Part shown: piece after piece, positions 46,875 to 56,671 of the stretch | Layout: the number at the start of each line of letters is the position of its first letter | How positions within the stretch are numbered: the stretch's first letter is position 1 | Assembly: GCA_964411615.1 (NCBI GenBank) | Contig: CAYPLO010000004.1 | Location: forward strand, 1 to 56,671 | From: an uncultured Aquificales bacterium | GTDB lineage: Bacteria; Thermosulfidibacterota; Thermosulfidibacteria; Thermosulfidibacterales; Thermosulfidibacteraceae | Reading direction: 5' to 3' | Length of the DNA stretch: 56,671 nucleotides | Program-made: the position numbers and the translations under genes | Notes under the pieces: model-generated | Told to the model about the DNA's origin: nothing | The model's input: only the letters and a program-made list of their open reading frames with translations | Databases searched by the model: none

Positions 46875-47662
46875 GGTATCACCCCAAACAGCTTTTTTCT
46901 CCTCCTCTTTCCTGTCCTTAGGGCCTCCAGGGCTTCCTGGGCCTTGTCAACATCCTCCCACATTCCGAAATCCTTGACAACCTTCTGGTAGCATTCCATG
47001 GCCTTTTTCTTGTTTCCCATGGCCTCGTAGGTCCTGCCGAGCCAGTAGAGGGCCTCTGCCGCTGTGCTGGGGTTGGTGGCCTTCTGGTACGCCCATTTGA
47101 ATCTCATCTTGGCGGACTTGTACTTTTTCACCTTGTAGTAGAACTTCCCCACGTATATGTCGTGCTGGGCCAGCCTCTCCTCGCACTCGGCTATCTTCTC
47201 CCTGGCCCTGGTTACCCATGGACTTCTGGGGTATAGCTTTATGAGTTTTCTGAAGGCATCGAGGGCCTTGAAGGTGTATGTCTGGTCCTTGTAGGGTGGA
47301 AGCATCAGTTTGTAGTAGCACATCCCCAGCTTGAACTGGACATAGTCGGAGTTGGGGCTCAAAGGGTGCAGCTTCAGGTAATCTTCATAAACAGCGGCCG
47401 CCTCTTCGTAATCGCCGTTTTTGTAGTAGGACTCCGCAAGTCCAAGTCTGGCGGATTCCGCCATCCTACCCTGCGGGGTGGCCTCAAGGACCTTTTTGAA
47501 CTTCTCCTCTGCCTTCTTGAACTCCTTTTTGGCAAGGGCCCCCTGGGCCTCTATGTAGAGCTGCTCCGGGCTCTTTACGTTCTCCTCTTTTTTACCGAAA
47601 AGGCCTGTCAGACTGCATGAGGTGAGGGCTAAGGTCAAAAGCAGTAAAAGCAGTCTCTTCAT
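46865..47662 (-). CDS. bamD: Outer membrane assembly lipoprotein BamD-like (TPR)
   Basis: Lipobox LTSC, TPR repeats, DQT.T..A...F..LI..YP.S, G.FYYK. Confidence 0.85.
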   Translation of the reverse strand: MKRLLLLLLTLALTSCSLTGLFGKKEENVKSPEQLYIEAQGALAKKEFKKAEEKFKKVLEATPQGRMAESARLGLAESYYKNGDYEEAAAVYEDYLKLHPLSPNSDYVQFKLGMCYYKLMLPPYKDQTYTFKALDAFRKLIKLYPRSPWVTRAREKIAECEERLAQHDIYVGKFYYKVKKYKSAKMRFKWAYQKATNPSTAAEALYWLGRTYEAMGNKKKAMECYQKVVKDFGMWEDVDKAQEALEALRTGKRRRKKLFGVIPWF

Positions 47663-47928
47663 ATTCTCACTCTTTTCCTGAAGGCTTCCATGAAGAACCG
47701 CTCATAGAGGGCCTGCCACTCTCCTGTTCCTTCAACAATCTTCTTCCTCATCCTCTCTATCCTTTCTCTTGCCTCTCTGTCCAGGGTTTCCAAGAATCTC
47801 ATCTCTTCATTTAAGGCGTTTATTATGGCGCTTCTGAGCCTTGCCCTGTCCGTAATTGATACACCCTTTGCCCTAAGCTCTGTGAGTATCTGGTCTGCAA
47901 GCTGGAATATTCTCTCCCTGCTCATCAT
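47659..47928 (-). CDS. DUF507-family protein
   Basis: SRERI..LA..I...L, D.EAR.RI......EG..EW..LY. Confidence 0.75.
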   Translation of the reverse strand: MMSRERIFQLADQILTELRAKGVSITDRARLRSAIINALNEEMRFLETLDREARERIERMRKKIVEGTGEWQALYERFFMEAFRKRVRI

Positions 47929-48203
47929 AGGACCAGCCCCCTCTCCTTGGCCAGTTTCTGCTTGACCATCATGAGCATCTTTCTGTAGCTTATCCCCTCC
48001 CTCTCAATCTCCCTTATGTGCTGCCTCAGCAGTCTGTGGGCTTCTTCCTCTATCTCCTTCTCCAGCTGGATGTTTCTGTTTATCACCTCTTCCACGGTCT
48101 TCTCAATCGTTGCCATGTCTTTTCCGTCAACGGCCTTTGACCTCACGGCCCTTTCGGCCACCCTTTTTGCAAGGTACTTTATAATCTCCCTGTTCAGGAG
48201 CAT
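47925..48203 (-). CDS. DUF507-family protein
   Basis: E..IEEEA..LL, Y.KM...VK.KLAKERG.VL. Confidence 0.78.
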   Translation of the reverse strand: MLLNREIIKYLAKRVAERAVRSKAVDGKDMATIEKTVEEVINRNIQLEKEIEEEAHRLLRQHIREIEREGISYRKMLMMVKQKLAKERGLVL

Positions 48204-48250
48204 TGCAGCACCCCTCTCGTTGCAACTGCTGTGCTCAACCTTATATATTA

Positions 48251-48271
48251 GTTGCCAAGACTCTTAGCAAC
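48251..48271. repeat. Imperfect inverted repeat in a divergent intergenic region
   Basis: GTTGCCAAGA-C-TCTTAGCAAC, 9 of 10 positions paired. Confidence 0.6.
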
Positions 48272-48286
48272 CGGTGGAGGTTGTGT

Positions 48287-48901
48287 ATGGGAAAACTTGT
48301 GGTGGCCACAAGGAACAAGGGGAAGTTGAGGGAGATAAGGAGTATACTTGCGGACCTTAGCGGCCTTGAGGTTCTCTCCATCATGGACTTTCCCGAAGGG
48401 ACGATTCCTGAGGTTGAGGAGAAGGGGGAGACCTTTGAGGAGAATGCGTATCTGAAGGCCTTTGCCGTCGCCAGAGTCACGGGGCTTCCCGCCCTTGCAG
48501 ACGATTCTGGCCTTGAGGTGGATGCCCTTGGGGGTAAACCTGGAGTAAAGTCGGCCCGGTTCGGCGGTGAGGGGATTTCGGATGCGGAGAGGAACGAGAA
48601 GCTGCTTGCCCTTTTGAAAGGTGTGAAGCATCCCCACAGGACCGCCAGGTTCAGATGCTCCATGGTCCTCGTTGTCCCGCCGGACTTTGAGAGGTACGTA
48701 ACCCACGGGGTCTGCGAGGGGGTTATAGCGTATGAGCCCGCAGGCAGGTACGGCTTCGGCTACGACCCCATATTCTACCTGCCGGAGTTCGGTAAGACCA
48801 TGGCCCAGCTCACCCCTGAGCAGAAGAACAGCATAAGCCACAGGAGGAGGGCCCTTGAGAAGATGAAGGAGATAATAAAGAGGGTGCTGCTTGATGGATA
48901 G
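48287..48901 (+). CDS. rdgB: XTP/dITP diphosphatase (Ham1)
   Basis: ATRNKGKLRE, ADDSGL, PGV.SAR, GFGYDPIF, KN.ISHR; ATG at 48287 after GGAGG. Confidence 0.95.
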   Translation: MGKLVVATRNKGKLREIRSILADLSGLEVLSIMDFPEGTIPEVEEKGETFEENAYLKAFAVARVTGLPALADDSGLEVDALGGKPGVKSARFGGEGISDAERNEKLLALLKGVKHPHRTARFRCSMVLVVPPDFERYVTHGVCEGVIAYEPAGRYGFGYDPIFYLPEFGKTMAQLTPEQKNSISHRRRALEKMKEIIKRVLLDG

Positions 48902-49454
48902 GCTCTTCACCATTCCCAATCAGCTGACCTTCCTGAGGATAGTGCTTGTTCCCCTTTTTGTAACCTTTGTCATATACAGGATGTGGGGGGCTGCTCTGGT
49001 AACCTTTGTGGTTGCCGCTGCAACCGATGCCCTTGACGGGTACCTGGCCCGGAGGCTCAATCAGAGGTCCTACATAGGAACCCTTGTGGACCCCCTGGCA
49101 GATAAGGTGCTTATGGGCTCTTCCTATGTGCTCTTGGCCCAGAAGGGACTTATCCCTCCGTGGCTTGCCGTTTTAGTCCTGAGCAGAGATGTACTCATAG
49201 TGGGTGGGGTGGTTCTGCTTAAACTCTTCTCATCCGCTGAGCTTGCCATATCTCCCAGCCTGTGGGGGAAGCTGACCACCCTGTTTCAGGTGGTTACGGT
49301 GGTGGTGGTTCTTTGCACCAAGGTGTTCGGCTGCAGTATCCACTACGCCTATCCCCTGTACCTGGTTACATCTCTTCTGACTGTGGTTTCAGGGTACCTG
49401 TACTTCAGGCAGGGGTGGGAGGCTGTGAATGGGGGTGTTGATAACGGGGGTTAG
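48894..49454 (+). CDS. CDP-alcohol phosphatidyltransferase (PgsA/cardiolipin synthase-like)
   Basis: TIPN.LT..R, DALDGYLARR...G...DPLADK. Confidence 0.9.
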   Translation: MDRLFTIPNQLTFLRIVLVPLFVTFVIYRMWGAALVTFVVAAATDALDGYLARRLNQRSYIGTLVDPLADKVLMGSSYVLLAQKGLIPPWLAVLVLSRDVLIVGGVVLLKLFSSAELAISPSLWGKLTTLFQVVTVVVVLCTKVFGCSIHYAYPLYLVTSLLTVVSGYLYFRQGWEAVNGGVDNGG

Positions 49455-50682
49455 TGAAGGAGGTGTGGCCCAGGAGATAGGGCTCTCTCCCGGCGATGTT
49501 CTTGTGGCTGTGAACGGCCAGCCGCTGAAGGACTACTTGGACTACCTGTATGTGGCGTCTGAGGGGGTTTACTCCGTCCATGTGAGAAGGGCGTGCGGGG
49601 AGGAGGTTGTGTTTGAGTTTGAGGAGCCTGTCTCCTTGGGGGTTGAGCTGGAGCAGATAAGGCCCAAAAGATGCAAGTGCAGATGTATCTTCTGCTTTAT
49701 GGACCAGATGCCGAAGGGATTGAGAAGAACCCTCTACCTCAAGGACGACGACTACAGGCTCTCCTTCCTCTATGGCAACTACATAACCCTGGTGGGTATG
49801 TCTGAAGGGGACTGGGAGCGCATAGGCAGGATGCGGCTTTCCCCCCTTTACGTCTCCGTTCACGCCACCCATCCTGAAGTTCGGGCCTTTATGATGGGAC
49901 ATCCAGAGGCCGCTCTCATAATGGATGGTCTTAGACGTCTCATTGATATGGGGGTGGTTGTTCACGCCCAGATAGTGGTCTGTCCGGGGGTTAACGATGG
50001 TGCCGTGCTTGAAGGGAGCATAGAGGAGCTGGCCGCCCTGTATCCCGGTGTCAGGTCCGTTGCGGTGGTTCCTGTGGGGGTTACAAAGTACAGGGATGGC
50101 CTCTTTCCTATAAGGCCCGTCGGCAAAGAGGAGGCAGAAGATATTCTGAGGCTGGTGCTTGCCAGGGGTGAGGAATGTATAAAAAGTCTTGGCTCAAGGT
50201 TTGTCTTCCCCGCCGATGAGCTGTTCATAAAGGCGGGCCGGCCTTTTCCATCCCTCGGATTCTACGAAGAGTTGTGGCAGCTGGAGGATGGGGTGGGGAT
50301 GGTGCCCATGTTTCTTGAGAGTGTGAGGCATATAGGGAGGCGTTTGAGGGGGGTACTTTTTGCCACCGGGGTGGACTTCGCTCCCTTCTTGGAGTGGGCT
50401 TTACATAAGGCCTCTGTTGAACACGAAGGGGTTGTGGCTGTTAGGAACGTATTCTTTGGGGATACGGTCACCGTTGCAGGGCTGCTCACCGGTGTGGATA
50501 TCGTTGAGTCCTGTAAGGATAAAGAGGGGGATGTTCTTGTCCTGCCAGAGGTTCTCTTCAACGATGACGGTCTTACCATAGACGATATGAGTGCCGGGGA
50601 GATAGGGGAGAGGCTTGGCAAGAAGGTGGTTGTGGCGCCTGCGGACCCGGAGGGTTTCTGGCAGTTTATATCTGACCTGTAG
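49429..50682 (+). CDS. DUF512 Fe-S/radical SAM-like protein with N-terminal PDZ
   Basis: CKCRCIFC, DQMP.G.R..LY.KDDDYRLSF, NDG, QLEDGVG, VTVAGLLTG.D. Confidence 0.88.
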   Translation: MGVLITGVSEGGVAQEIGLSPGDVLVAVNGQPLKDYLDYLYVASEGVYSVHVRRACGEEVVFEFEEPVSLGVELEQIRPKRCKCRCIFCFMDQMPKGLRRTLYLKDDDYRLSFLYGNYITLVGMSEGDWERIGRMRLSPLYVSVHATHPEVRAFMMGHPEAALIMDGLRRLIDMGVVVHAQIVVCPGVNDGAVLEGSIEELAALYPGVRSVAVVPVGVTKYRDGLFPIRPVGKEEAEDILRLVLARGEECIKSLGSRFVFPADELFIKAGRPFPSLGFYEELWQLEDGVGMVPMFLESVRHIGRRLRGVLFATGVDFAPFLEWALHKASVEHEGVVAVRNVFFGDTVTVAGLLTGVDIVESCKDKEGDVLVLPEVLFNDDGLTIDDMSAGEIGERLGKKVVVAPADPEGFWQFISDL

Positions 50683-50684
50683 TT

Positions 50685-52700
50685 CTACCTTTCCCCTGCG
50701 GGGCTCTCCTCAAGTAGCTCCTGCAGCCTTCTTTTGAGGGCCTTTATCCTGTCCCTGAGTTCAGCAGCCTTCTCAAAGGCGAGCTCTTTGGCCGCTTTTC
50801 TCATCTCCTTCTCAAGCTCCTTTATCTTCTCCTCAATCTCCCAGGGGGACTCCTCTTTCACGTAGTCCTCCTCTATGGGCACCGTGTAGTAGTCTCTCTC
50901 ATAGACGGAAGTGAGTATATCTTTTATGGCCTTCTTTATGCTCTGGGGTGTGATGCCGTGTCTCTTGTTGTACTCCTCCTGCAGCTTGCGCCTCCTTCTC
51001 ATCTCGTTTATGGCCCTCTCAAGGGATTTGGTGATGGTGTCGGCGTAGAAGATGACGGTTCCGTTCACGTTCCTGGCGGCCCTTCCCGCCGTCTGTATAA
51101 GTGACCTTTCGGACCTCAGGAATCCTTCTCTGTCTGCATCCAGTATGGCCACAAGGGAGACCTCAGGGATATCAAGCCCCTCCCTCAGCAGGTTCACCCC
51201 CACTATAACGTCGTATACCCCCTTTCTCAGGTCCCTTATGATTCTTGTCCTCTCTATGGTCTCTATCTCCGAGTGGAGGTAAGCCACCTTTATTCCCATG
51301 TCTGAGAGGTAGTCTGTGAGCTCCTCAGCCATCCTCTTGGTGAGGGTTGTGACAAGCACCCTTTCGTTTCTCTCCACACGCTTCTTTATCTCAAGGTACA
51401 GGTCCTCCACCTGGTTTCTCGCAGGCTTTACAACCACCTCCGGGTCCATGAGGCCTGTGGGCCTTATTATCTGTTCCACCACGTAGGGGCCGGACTTCTC
51501 CAGCTCGTAGTCTCCCGGTGTGGCCGAGACGAATATCACCTGATTGACCATGGACTCAAACTCCTCAAAGGTGAGGGGCCTGTTGTCCAGGGCAGAGGGG
51601 AGTCGGAATCCGTACTCTATGAGGTTCATCTTGCGGGACCTGTCTCCATGGTACATGCCCCTGAGCTGCGGAATGGTCACGTGGGATTCGTCAATTATGA
51701 TGAGAGCATCCTTGGGCAGGTAGTCTATCAGGGTGGGAGGAGGCTCTCCCGGTGCCCTTCCTGTGAAGTGCCTTGAGTAGTTCTCAATGCCCTTGCAGTA
51801 GCCCACCTCCTGTATCATCTCAAGGTCAAACATGGTGCGTTGCCAGAGGCGCTGGGCCTCCACGTGCTTGCCCATAGCCTTGAGCTCCTTAACCCTCTCT
51901 TCCAGCTCCAGCCTTATGGAGAGCAGGGCCTTCCTCATCCTCTCCTCTGTGGAGATGTAGTGGCTGGCTGGATACACGGTGAACCTTCCCACCTCCTCTA
52001 TGGCCGCCCCTGTTAGGGGGTCTATCAGGGTGAGGGACTCTATCTCATCACCCCACAGCTCTATCCTGAGGGCTGTATCCTCTAAGTGGCTGGGATAGAC
52101 CTCTATGACGTCTCCCCTGACCCTGAAGGTTCCCCTCTTGAAGTCGTAGTCGTTCCTCTTGTAAAGGATGCGCACAAGTTTCCTTATAATCTCCTCTCTG
52201 GTTATCTCCTCACCCACATCCAGGGTGAGGACCATACCGTAGTAGGCCTCTGGGGAGCCCAGGCCGTATATGCAGGAGACAGTGGCCACTATGATGACAT
52301 CCCTCCTCTCCAAAAGTGCGCTTGTGGCGGCGTGCCTCATGCGGTCTATCTCCTCGTTTATGGAACAGTCCTTCTCTATGTACAGGTCCCTCTGGGGGAT
52401 GTAGGCCTCCGGCTGGTAGTAATCGTAGTACGAGACGAAGTACTCTACGGCGTTTTCTGGAAAGAACTCCTTGAATTCAGAGTAGAGCTGGGCCGCTAAG
52501 GTCTTGTTGTGGGAGATTACCAGTGTGGGCCTGTTGAGCCTCGCAATAACGTTGGCCATGGTGAAAGTCTTTCCCGAGCCTGTTACGCCTATCAGGGTCA
52601 TATACCTTACACCGCTTTGGGCCCACTCCACCAGCTTCTCTATGGCCTTTGGCTGGTCTCCGGCAGGTTTATACGGAGATACGAGCTTGAACCCCTTCAT
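50685..52700 (-). CDS. uvrB: Excinuclease ABC subunit B
   Basis: [50 protein letters not shown]. Confidence 0.98.
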   Translation of the reverse strand: MKGFKLVSPYKPAGDQPKAIEKLVEWAQSGVRYMTLIGVTGSGKTFTMANVIARLNRPTLVISHNKTLAAQLYSEFKEFFPENAVEYFVSYYDYYQPEAYIPQRDLYIEKDCSINEEIDRMRHAATSALLERRDVIIVATVSCIYGLGSPEAYYGMVLTLDVGEEITREEIIRKLVRILYKRNDYDFKRGTFRVRGDVIEVYPSHLEDTALRIELWGDEIESLTLIDPLTGAAIEEVGRFTVYPASHYISTEERMRKALLSIRLELEERVKELKAMGKHVEAQRLWQRTMFDLEMIQEVGYCKGIENYSRHFTGRAPGEPPPTLIDYLPKDALIIIDESHVTIPQLRGMYHGDRSRKMNLIEYGFRLPSALDNRPLTFEEFESMVNQVIFVSATPGDYELEKSGPYVVEQIIRPTGLMDPEVVVKPARNQVEDLYLEIKKRVERNERVLVTTLTKRMAEELTDYLSDMGIKVAYLHSEIETIERTRIIRDLRKGVYDVIVGVNLLREGLDIPEVSLVAILDADREGFLRSERSLIQTAGRAARNVNGTVIFYADTITKSLERAINEMRRRRKLQEEYNKRHGITPQSIKKAIKDILTSVYERDYYTVPIEEDYVKEESPWEIEEKIKELEKEMRKAAKELAFEKAAELRDRIKALKRRLQELLEESPAGER

Positions 52701-53245
52701 CGCCTGAGCATCACCAGGTAGTGATGTTCCCCTACGTCCAATGTCTTTTCGTGGATGAAGCCTGCCCTTTGGGCAAGCTCTTTGACCTGAGATGGCTCCA
52801 GCCGCACATCCATAGGGGGACCTATGGGGCTGCTTCTCTTGTGAAACTCAACGATTCCCAGGTATCCTCCTCTTTTAACCACACGGGCAATCTCTTTAAG
52901 TGCCACATGGGCGTATCCTTCCTCATTCAGGTCGTGCAGCACATTGACCATGATACAGAGGTCAACCGTCTGGGATGCGATGGGTATGGACCTTCCAAGG
53001 TGGGCCTTCACGGCGTATATGTTTCTTATCCCCAGCTCTTCGGCCCTCTTCTTCAGCTTTTTCAGCCCCTCAGTCCACAGGTCCAGTCCAATCACCCATC
53101 TGTAGATGGATGATGCTTTTATGCAGTAGCTTCCAGGACCGCAGCCTGCATCAAGCAAGACCTCACCTTTGGGTAGCAGCGAGAAGAGCTTTTCGGTATC
53201 AACTATCTGGAAGCTATCCCTGCCGGCTCCCCTGGGAAGTCCCAT
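52697..53245 (-). CDS. Class I SAM-dependent methyltransferase
   Basis: [23 protein letters not shown]...R. Confidence 0.85.
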   Translation of the reverse strand: MGLPRGAGRDSFQIVDTEKLFSLLPKGEVLLDAGCGPGSYCIKASSIYRWVIGLDLWTEGLKKLKKRAEELGIRNIYAVKAHLGRSIPIASQTVDLCIMVNVLHDLNEEGYAHVALKEIARVVKRGGYLGIVEFHKRSSPIGPPMDVRLEPSQVKELAQRAGFIHEKTLDVGEHHYLVMLRR

Positions 53246-53385
53246 GGTTGGAAGTATTATACGTTTTACCTCTGCTTTTCAACGATAGGTGAAAAACGAT
53301 GTTCTAAACTTTGCCGTTAAAGTTGATTTTCTGTGGTCTCGGGGGTAAGATTGATAATGGAAAAATCCAGTCTGGAGGTTTGGTC

Positions 53386-54450
53386 ATGACGGCTCTGGAC
53401 GAAAGGTGTTTGAATATTCTGGAACGGATTCTATCTGCAGTGAGTGTAATGTTTGAGAGGGTTGACGCTGCAAATGTCTATAGAACCATAGCCGATGTGG
53501 TTACGGATATACTGGGCTTTGATAGGGTGAATATACTCATATACAATCCCGAAACGGGGATGCTTGAGGCCAAGGAATCCAGGGGGACCACTGAGCCCCT
53601 GGACAGGATAAAGGTTCCTGCTGATAAGCGTTCGGGGGTTGTTTACAAGGCCTTCTCCGAGAAGAAGGTCTACTGGGTTGAGGATGCGGCCAAGCACTTC
53701 CCCCCTGAGTGGAGGCTCCAGCCGCCCTGGTCTGAGATTAAGGCCTTGAGGTCAAGGTCTTTTATACTTGCTCCCCTTGTGGCCTTTGGAAAGCCTGTGG
53801 GGGTCATAGGTATAGACAAGTACATAAAGAGGGAGCCCATAACTAAGGAAGAGGCCCTTGTGGTTGAGATGTTCGCCCAGCTCTCATCAAGAGTTCTTGA
53901 GAGGGCCATGAGAGAGGAGGAGGTTGAGAGGCTGAGCAGGGAGGCGGAGGAGAAGGGAAGGGAGCTTGAGGAGAGGGAGAGGCTGCTTGAGGAGCAGAGG
54001 GAGGTGCTGAGGGAGGTCACCTCCGAAGCGGTGTCCGAACTGAAGGTCCTTTCTCAGGTTGTTGACAGGATAAGGGATGAGGGAAGGCAACTTGAGGATG
54101 GTTTCAATCAGCTCATGGAGCACGTTAAGCAGATAGACTTTGTGGTTAAATCCGTGGACGATGTTGCCAATAAGACCAACCTTCTGGCCCTCAATGCAGC
54201 TATAGAGGCGGCCCGTGCTGGAGAACATGGTAAGGGCTTTGCGGTTGTGGCCGATGAGGTGAGGAAACTCGCCCAGAAGAGCAAGAAGGACTCCAGCGAG
54301 ATAGCTACAGCCCTGAGGAACATAAGGGAGGCCACCGACAACTTCTTCAAGTTCATCAATAGCCTTAACCAGAGGATAAGGGAGCAGGAGGAGGTGATAG
54401 CCAAGATAAGCGATACTGTAAGGAAGGTTGAGGAGGTGATGGGTGGATAG
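53386..54450 (+). CDS. Soluble chemoreceptor-like protein (GAF + methyl-accepting signalling domain)
   Basis: N-terminal GAF, coiled coil, [33 protein letters not shown]; no TM; ATG at 53386 after GGAGG. Confidence 0.88.
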   Translation: MTALDERCLNILERILSAVSVMFERVDAANVYRTIADVVTDILGFDRVNILIYNPETGMLEAKESRGTTEPLDRIKVPADKRSGVVYKAFSEKKVYWVEDAAKHFPPEWRLQPPWSEIKALRSRSFILAPLVAFGKPVGVIGIDKYIKREPITKEEALVVEMFAQLSSRVLERAMREEEVERLSREAEEKGRELEERERLLEEQREVLREVTSEAVSELKVLSQVVDRIRDEGRQLEDGFNQLMEHVKQIDFVVKSVDDVANKTNLLALNAAIEAARAGEHGKGFAVVADEVRKLAQKSKKDSSEIATALRNIREATDNFFKFINSLNQRIREQEEVIAKISDTVRKVEEVMGG

Positions 54451-54859
54451 TCCCTCAAGGGTCAGAGAGTACATAGAGAGAAACGACAGGCTGGTTGGGC
54501 TTCTTGGTGTGAATATTGAGGAGGTGAGGGAGGGTTACGCCAGGGTCTCTCTGAAGGTTCAGGAGAAGCATATGAACGCCGCAGGTGTCTGTCAGGGGGG
54601 AGTCATCTTCACTCTGGCTGACCTGGCCTTTGCCCTTGCCTCCAACAGCCATGGGGTTGTGGCCCTTGGTATGGATGTGAGTATAAGCTATCTTAGGTCT
54701 GCCCTCTTGGGGGATGTGCTCACTGCAGAGGCAGTTGAGGAGTATCTCGGCAAGAGAACGGCAGCCTACGTCATAACCGTAAGGAACCAGAATGGGGAGA
54801 AGATAGCCCTTGCAAAGTCTTTAGCCTACAGATTCCCCGACAGACCGTTCCCGCCTTGA
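54443..54859 (+). CDS. PaaI-family hotdog thioesterase
   Basis: N..G..QGG.IFTLAD.AFA.ASNS. Confidence 0.88.
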   Translation: MDSPSRVREYIERNDRLVGLLGVNIEEVREGYARVSLKVQEKHMNAAGVCQGGVIFTLADLAFALASNSHGVVALGMDVSISYLRSALLGDVLTAEAVEEYLGKRTAAYVITVRNQNGEKIALAKSLAYRFPDRPFPP

Positions 54860-54864
54860 TGTTT

Positions 54865-55107
54865 CTAAGTGGATTTGGTTTTGAGATGACTGGCGTTTAT
54901 GATGGTTATGCCGATAATCTCATTATCAGCGTATCTAATGATTATCCCTTCTTCTAAGTATTCAGAATCTGTGGCTTCTCTGCCAGGTTCGAAGTTGATG
55001 TAGAGTACATCTGCGTCTCTATCATACTGAATATTAGAAAGATTCATCTCCATAATCAGCGGGGCTATTCTCAAAATCTTTTGAATACTTTCAGTATTTA
55101 GGGCCAT
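54865..55107 (-). CDS. DUF2283-family protein (putative antitoxin)
   Basis: YDRDADVLYI.F, IIGITI..AS. Confidence 0.8.
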   Translation of the reverse strand: MALNTESIQKILRIAPLIMEMNLSNIQYDRDADVLYINFEPGREATDSEYLEEGIIIRYADNEIIGITIINASHLKTKST

Positions 55108-55400
55108 ATCTTGGCTCTCCAGCTGAGCTTTCTCTTCCTTTTGGTTAGAAAGGCTGTGATGATAAATCCATCTTTTTGGTTAATCTCGCGATATATCACT
55201 ACTAATAGCTTATCTTCTGCGAACTCCCGCACTGCTAAGAGCTCCCCTTGTTTACCCTGATAGATTTCATCGGGACTGGCAACGGTCTTTAGAACTTCAT
55301 CCTGGTACTTCTTCAGCTCAGGATGCCCTCTAATGATGTGTTGCCATCTCTCCTCTGTAAGCCTTATAGGTACTCCGAACTTTGACTTAACTATCCTCAA
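55098..55400 (-). CDS. DUF4258/RelE-like small basic protein (putative toxin)
   Basis: IRLT.ERW.HI...HPE, P..I, L.V.Y, FIITAF; overlaps the DUF2283 gene. Confidence 0.65.
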   Translation of the reverse strand: MRIVKSKFGVPIRLTEERWQHIIRGHPELKKYQDEVLKTVASPDEIYQGKQGELLAVREFAEDKLLVVIYREINQKDGFIITAFLTKRKRKLSWRAKIWP

Positions 55401-55403
55401 TTG

Positions 55404-56273
55404 TCAATGGCCTCTCGGTATATTTAAGGCCTCCAGTATGGTCTGGGTGGCGGGAGACCTGTTCAGGGTGTAGAAGTGCAGGTGCCTCACTCCGCTGTCT
55501 ATGAGCTCCTGACATTGACGTATGGTGTACTCTATGCCGGCCTTTCTCAGCTCCTCGGGTTTATCCTTCAGCCTCTCAATCACCTCCATGAGTTCCGGCG
55601 GGATGGTTGCGCCGCACAGCTGTGTGAATCTCACTATCTGGCTGTAGCTGGTTACAGGCAGGATTCCAGGGATTATGGGCACTTCTATCCCCTTACTTCT
55701 GGCAAGCTCAAGGAAGTTGAAGTAGTACTCGTTCCTGAAGAAGAGCTGGGTTATCACAAAGTCGGCTCCCGCATCTACCTTCCTCTTCAGATACTCTACA
55801 TCCTTCTCCAGTGATGGAGCCTCAGGATGCCCCTCCGGATACCCTGCCACCCCCACACAGAACCCGTTGTTTTCGTGTATGAACTCAACCAGCTGGTAGG
55901 CGTATCTGAAGCCGTCCTCTGGAAAGGTAAAGTTGGGGTCCTGGGGTATATCTCCACGAAGGGCCAGGATGTTCTCTATTCCGTGCTCTTTGAGGGTATC
56001 AAGGGTCTTTTTTATCTGTTGTTTTGTGGAGGATATACATGTTAGATGAGAGACCACCGTGTAGCCCTTCCGATGGAGGCTGAGGGCTATCTCTATGCTC
56101 TTGTGGTGGGTGCTTCCTCCGGCACCGTAGGTGACGGATACGAAGTCTGGCTTCCATCTCTTGAGGGTCTCCACCGTGTTCCAGAACACCTTCTCATCTT
56201 CCGGTTTCTTGGGAGGGAAGAACTCGTATGAGATGATAAAGCCGCCTCTTTTCAGGATGTCCCTTACCTTCAT
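55404..56273 (-). CDS. metF: 5,10-methylenetetrahydrofolate reductase
   Basis: [37 protein letters not shown]...ITQLFF, HFYTLN. Confidence 0.96.
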   Translation of the reverse strand: MKVRDILKRGGFIISYEFFPPKKPEDEKVFWNTVETLKRWKPDFVSVTYGAGGSTHHKSIEIALSLHRKGYTVVSHLTCISSTKQQIKKTLDTLKEHGIENILALRGDIPQDPNFTFPEDGFRYAYQLVEFIHENNGFCVGVAGYPEGHPEAPSLEKDVEYLKRKVDAGADFVITQLFFRNEYYFNFLELARSKGIEVPIIPGILPVTSYSQIVRFTQLCGATIPPELMEVIERLKDKPEELRKAGIEYTIRQCQELIDSGVRHLHFYTLNRSPATQTILEALNIPRGH

Positions 56274-56671
56274 AACACCTCCTTAAGTGCATTGATGAGC
56301 CTTGCGTTTTCCTGCTTCCGCCTTACGCACACCCTGAAGAAGTGCTTAAGGTCTTTGTATTCGGGAAAGCTTCTTATGAGGATACCTCTGTCTGCAAGCT
56401 TCTCTGCGAGCTTTTCCGCATCTTCTTTACACTTCACCAGCAGGTAGTTTGCCGACGAGGGAAAGGGGGTGAGTCCAAGGGCCTTCAGTTCCCTAAACAG
56501 CTCCTCTCGTAGGCCTGCTATGGTCTTTCTCCATGCGGGAATCCTGTCCGCACATTCTAAGAGCCTGAGTCCAACAATCTGTGCCAGAGAGGTTATGCTC
56601 CACGAAGGCACAAGGTCCCTCAGCTTCTCTGCCACGGAAGGATGCGCCACTGCGTATCCCAGTCTCACCCC
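56270..56671 (-). CDS. PLP-dependent class I/II aminotransferase, C-terminal part (CobD threonine-phosphate decarboxylase or HisC)
   Basis: G.RLGY, PS.ANYLL, GILIR, R..V....EN..L; open to the window edge. Confidence 0.8.
   Translation of the reverse strand, partial: GVRLGYAVAHPSVAEKLRDLVPSWSITSLAQIVGLRLLECADRIPAWRKTIAGLREELFRELKALGLTPFPSSANYLLVKCKEDAEKLAEKLADRGILIRSFPEYKDLKHFFRVCVRRKQENARLINALKEVL

Noticed and set aside
53915..54015. Purine-rich GAG/AGG repeat-like tract
   Set aside because: It encodes a Glu/Arg coiled coil and is not a DNA repeat array.
1..56671. CRISPR array, prophage, IS element, rRNA
   Set aside because: No regularly spaced repeats, phage or transposase genes, or long non-coding tracts were seen.

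Overview
Very compact bacterial chromosomal window. AGG/ATA-rich codon use and Glu/Lys/Arg-rich proteins suggest a thermophile, and bamD plus a WaaL-like gene suggest a diderm (both inferences). In order: trmB and mutT; a dcw cluster reduced to rsmH-murE-murF-mraY-murD-murG-murC-murB-ddl-ftsZ, with no mraZ, ftsL, ftsI, ftsW, ftsQ or ftsA; a radical SAM gene; a SPOR-like protein; a divergent EF-G paralog; a hybrid histidine kinase; and glnE. A long gap-free operon follows, in which selA-selB-LysR sit inside a surface-glycan cluster. That cluster has GT4s, an APH/choline-kinase-like kinase, a radical SAM/SPASM enzyme, a TagF-like phosphotransferase and a LicC-like cytidylyltransferase, and about 9 kb of it is strongly AT-rich. 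It converges on a tRNA-Arg-mreBCD-GT2-flippase-GT4-ligase operon that lacks pbp2/rodA. The rest holds rlmI-like, riboflavin synthase, cobT, cbiB, amrB, cvpA, bamD, two DUF507 genes, rdgB, a CDP-alcohol phosphatidyltransferase, DUF512, uvrB, a methyltransferase, a soluble GAF chemoreceptor, a PaaI thioesterase, a small toxin-antitoxin-like pair, metF and a partial PLP enzyme. No CRISPR array, rRNA, integrase or transposase was seen. All family calls come from motif recognition by eye, not database searches.
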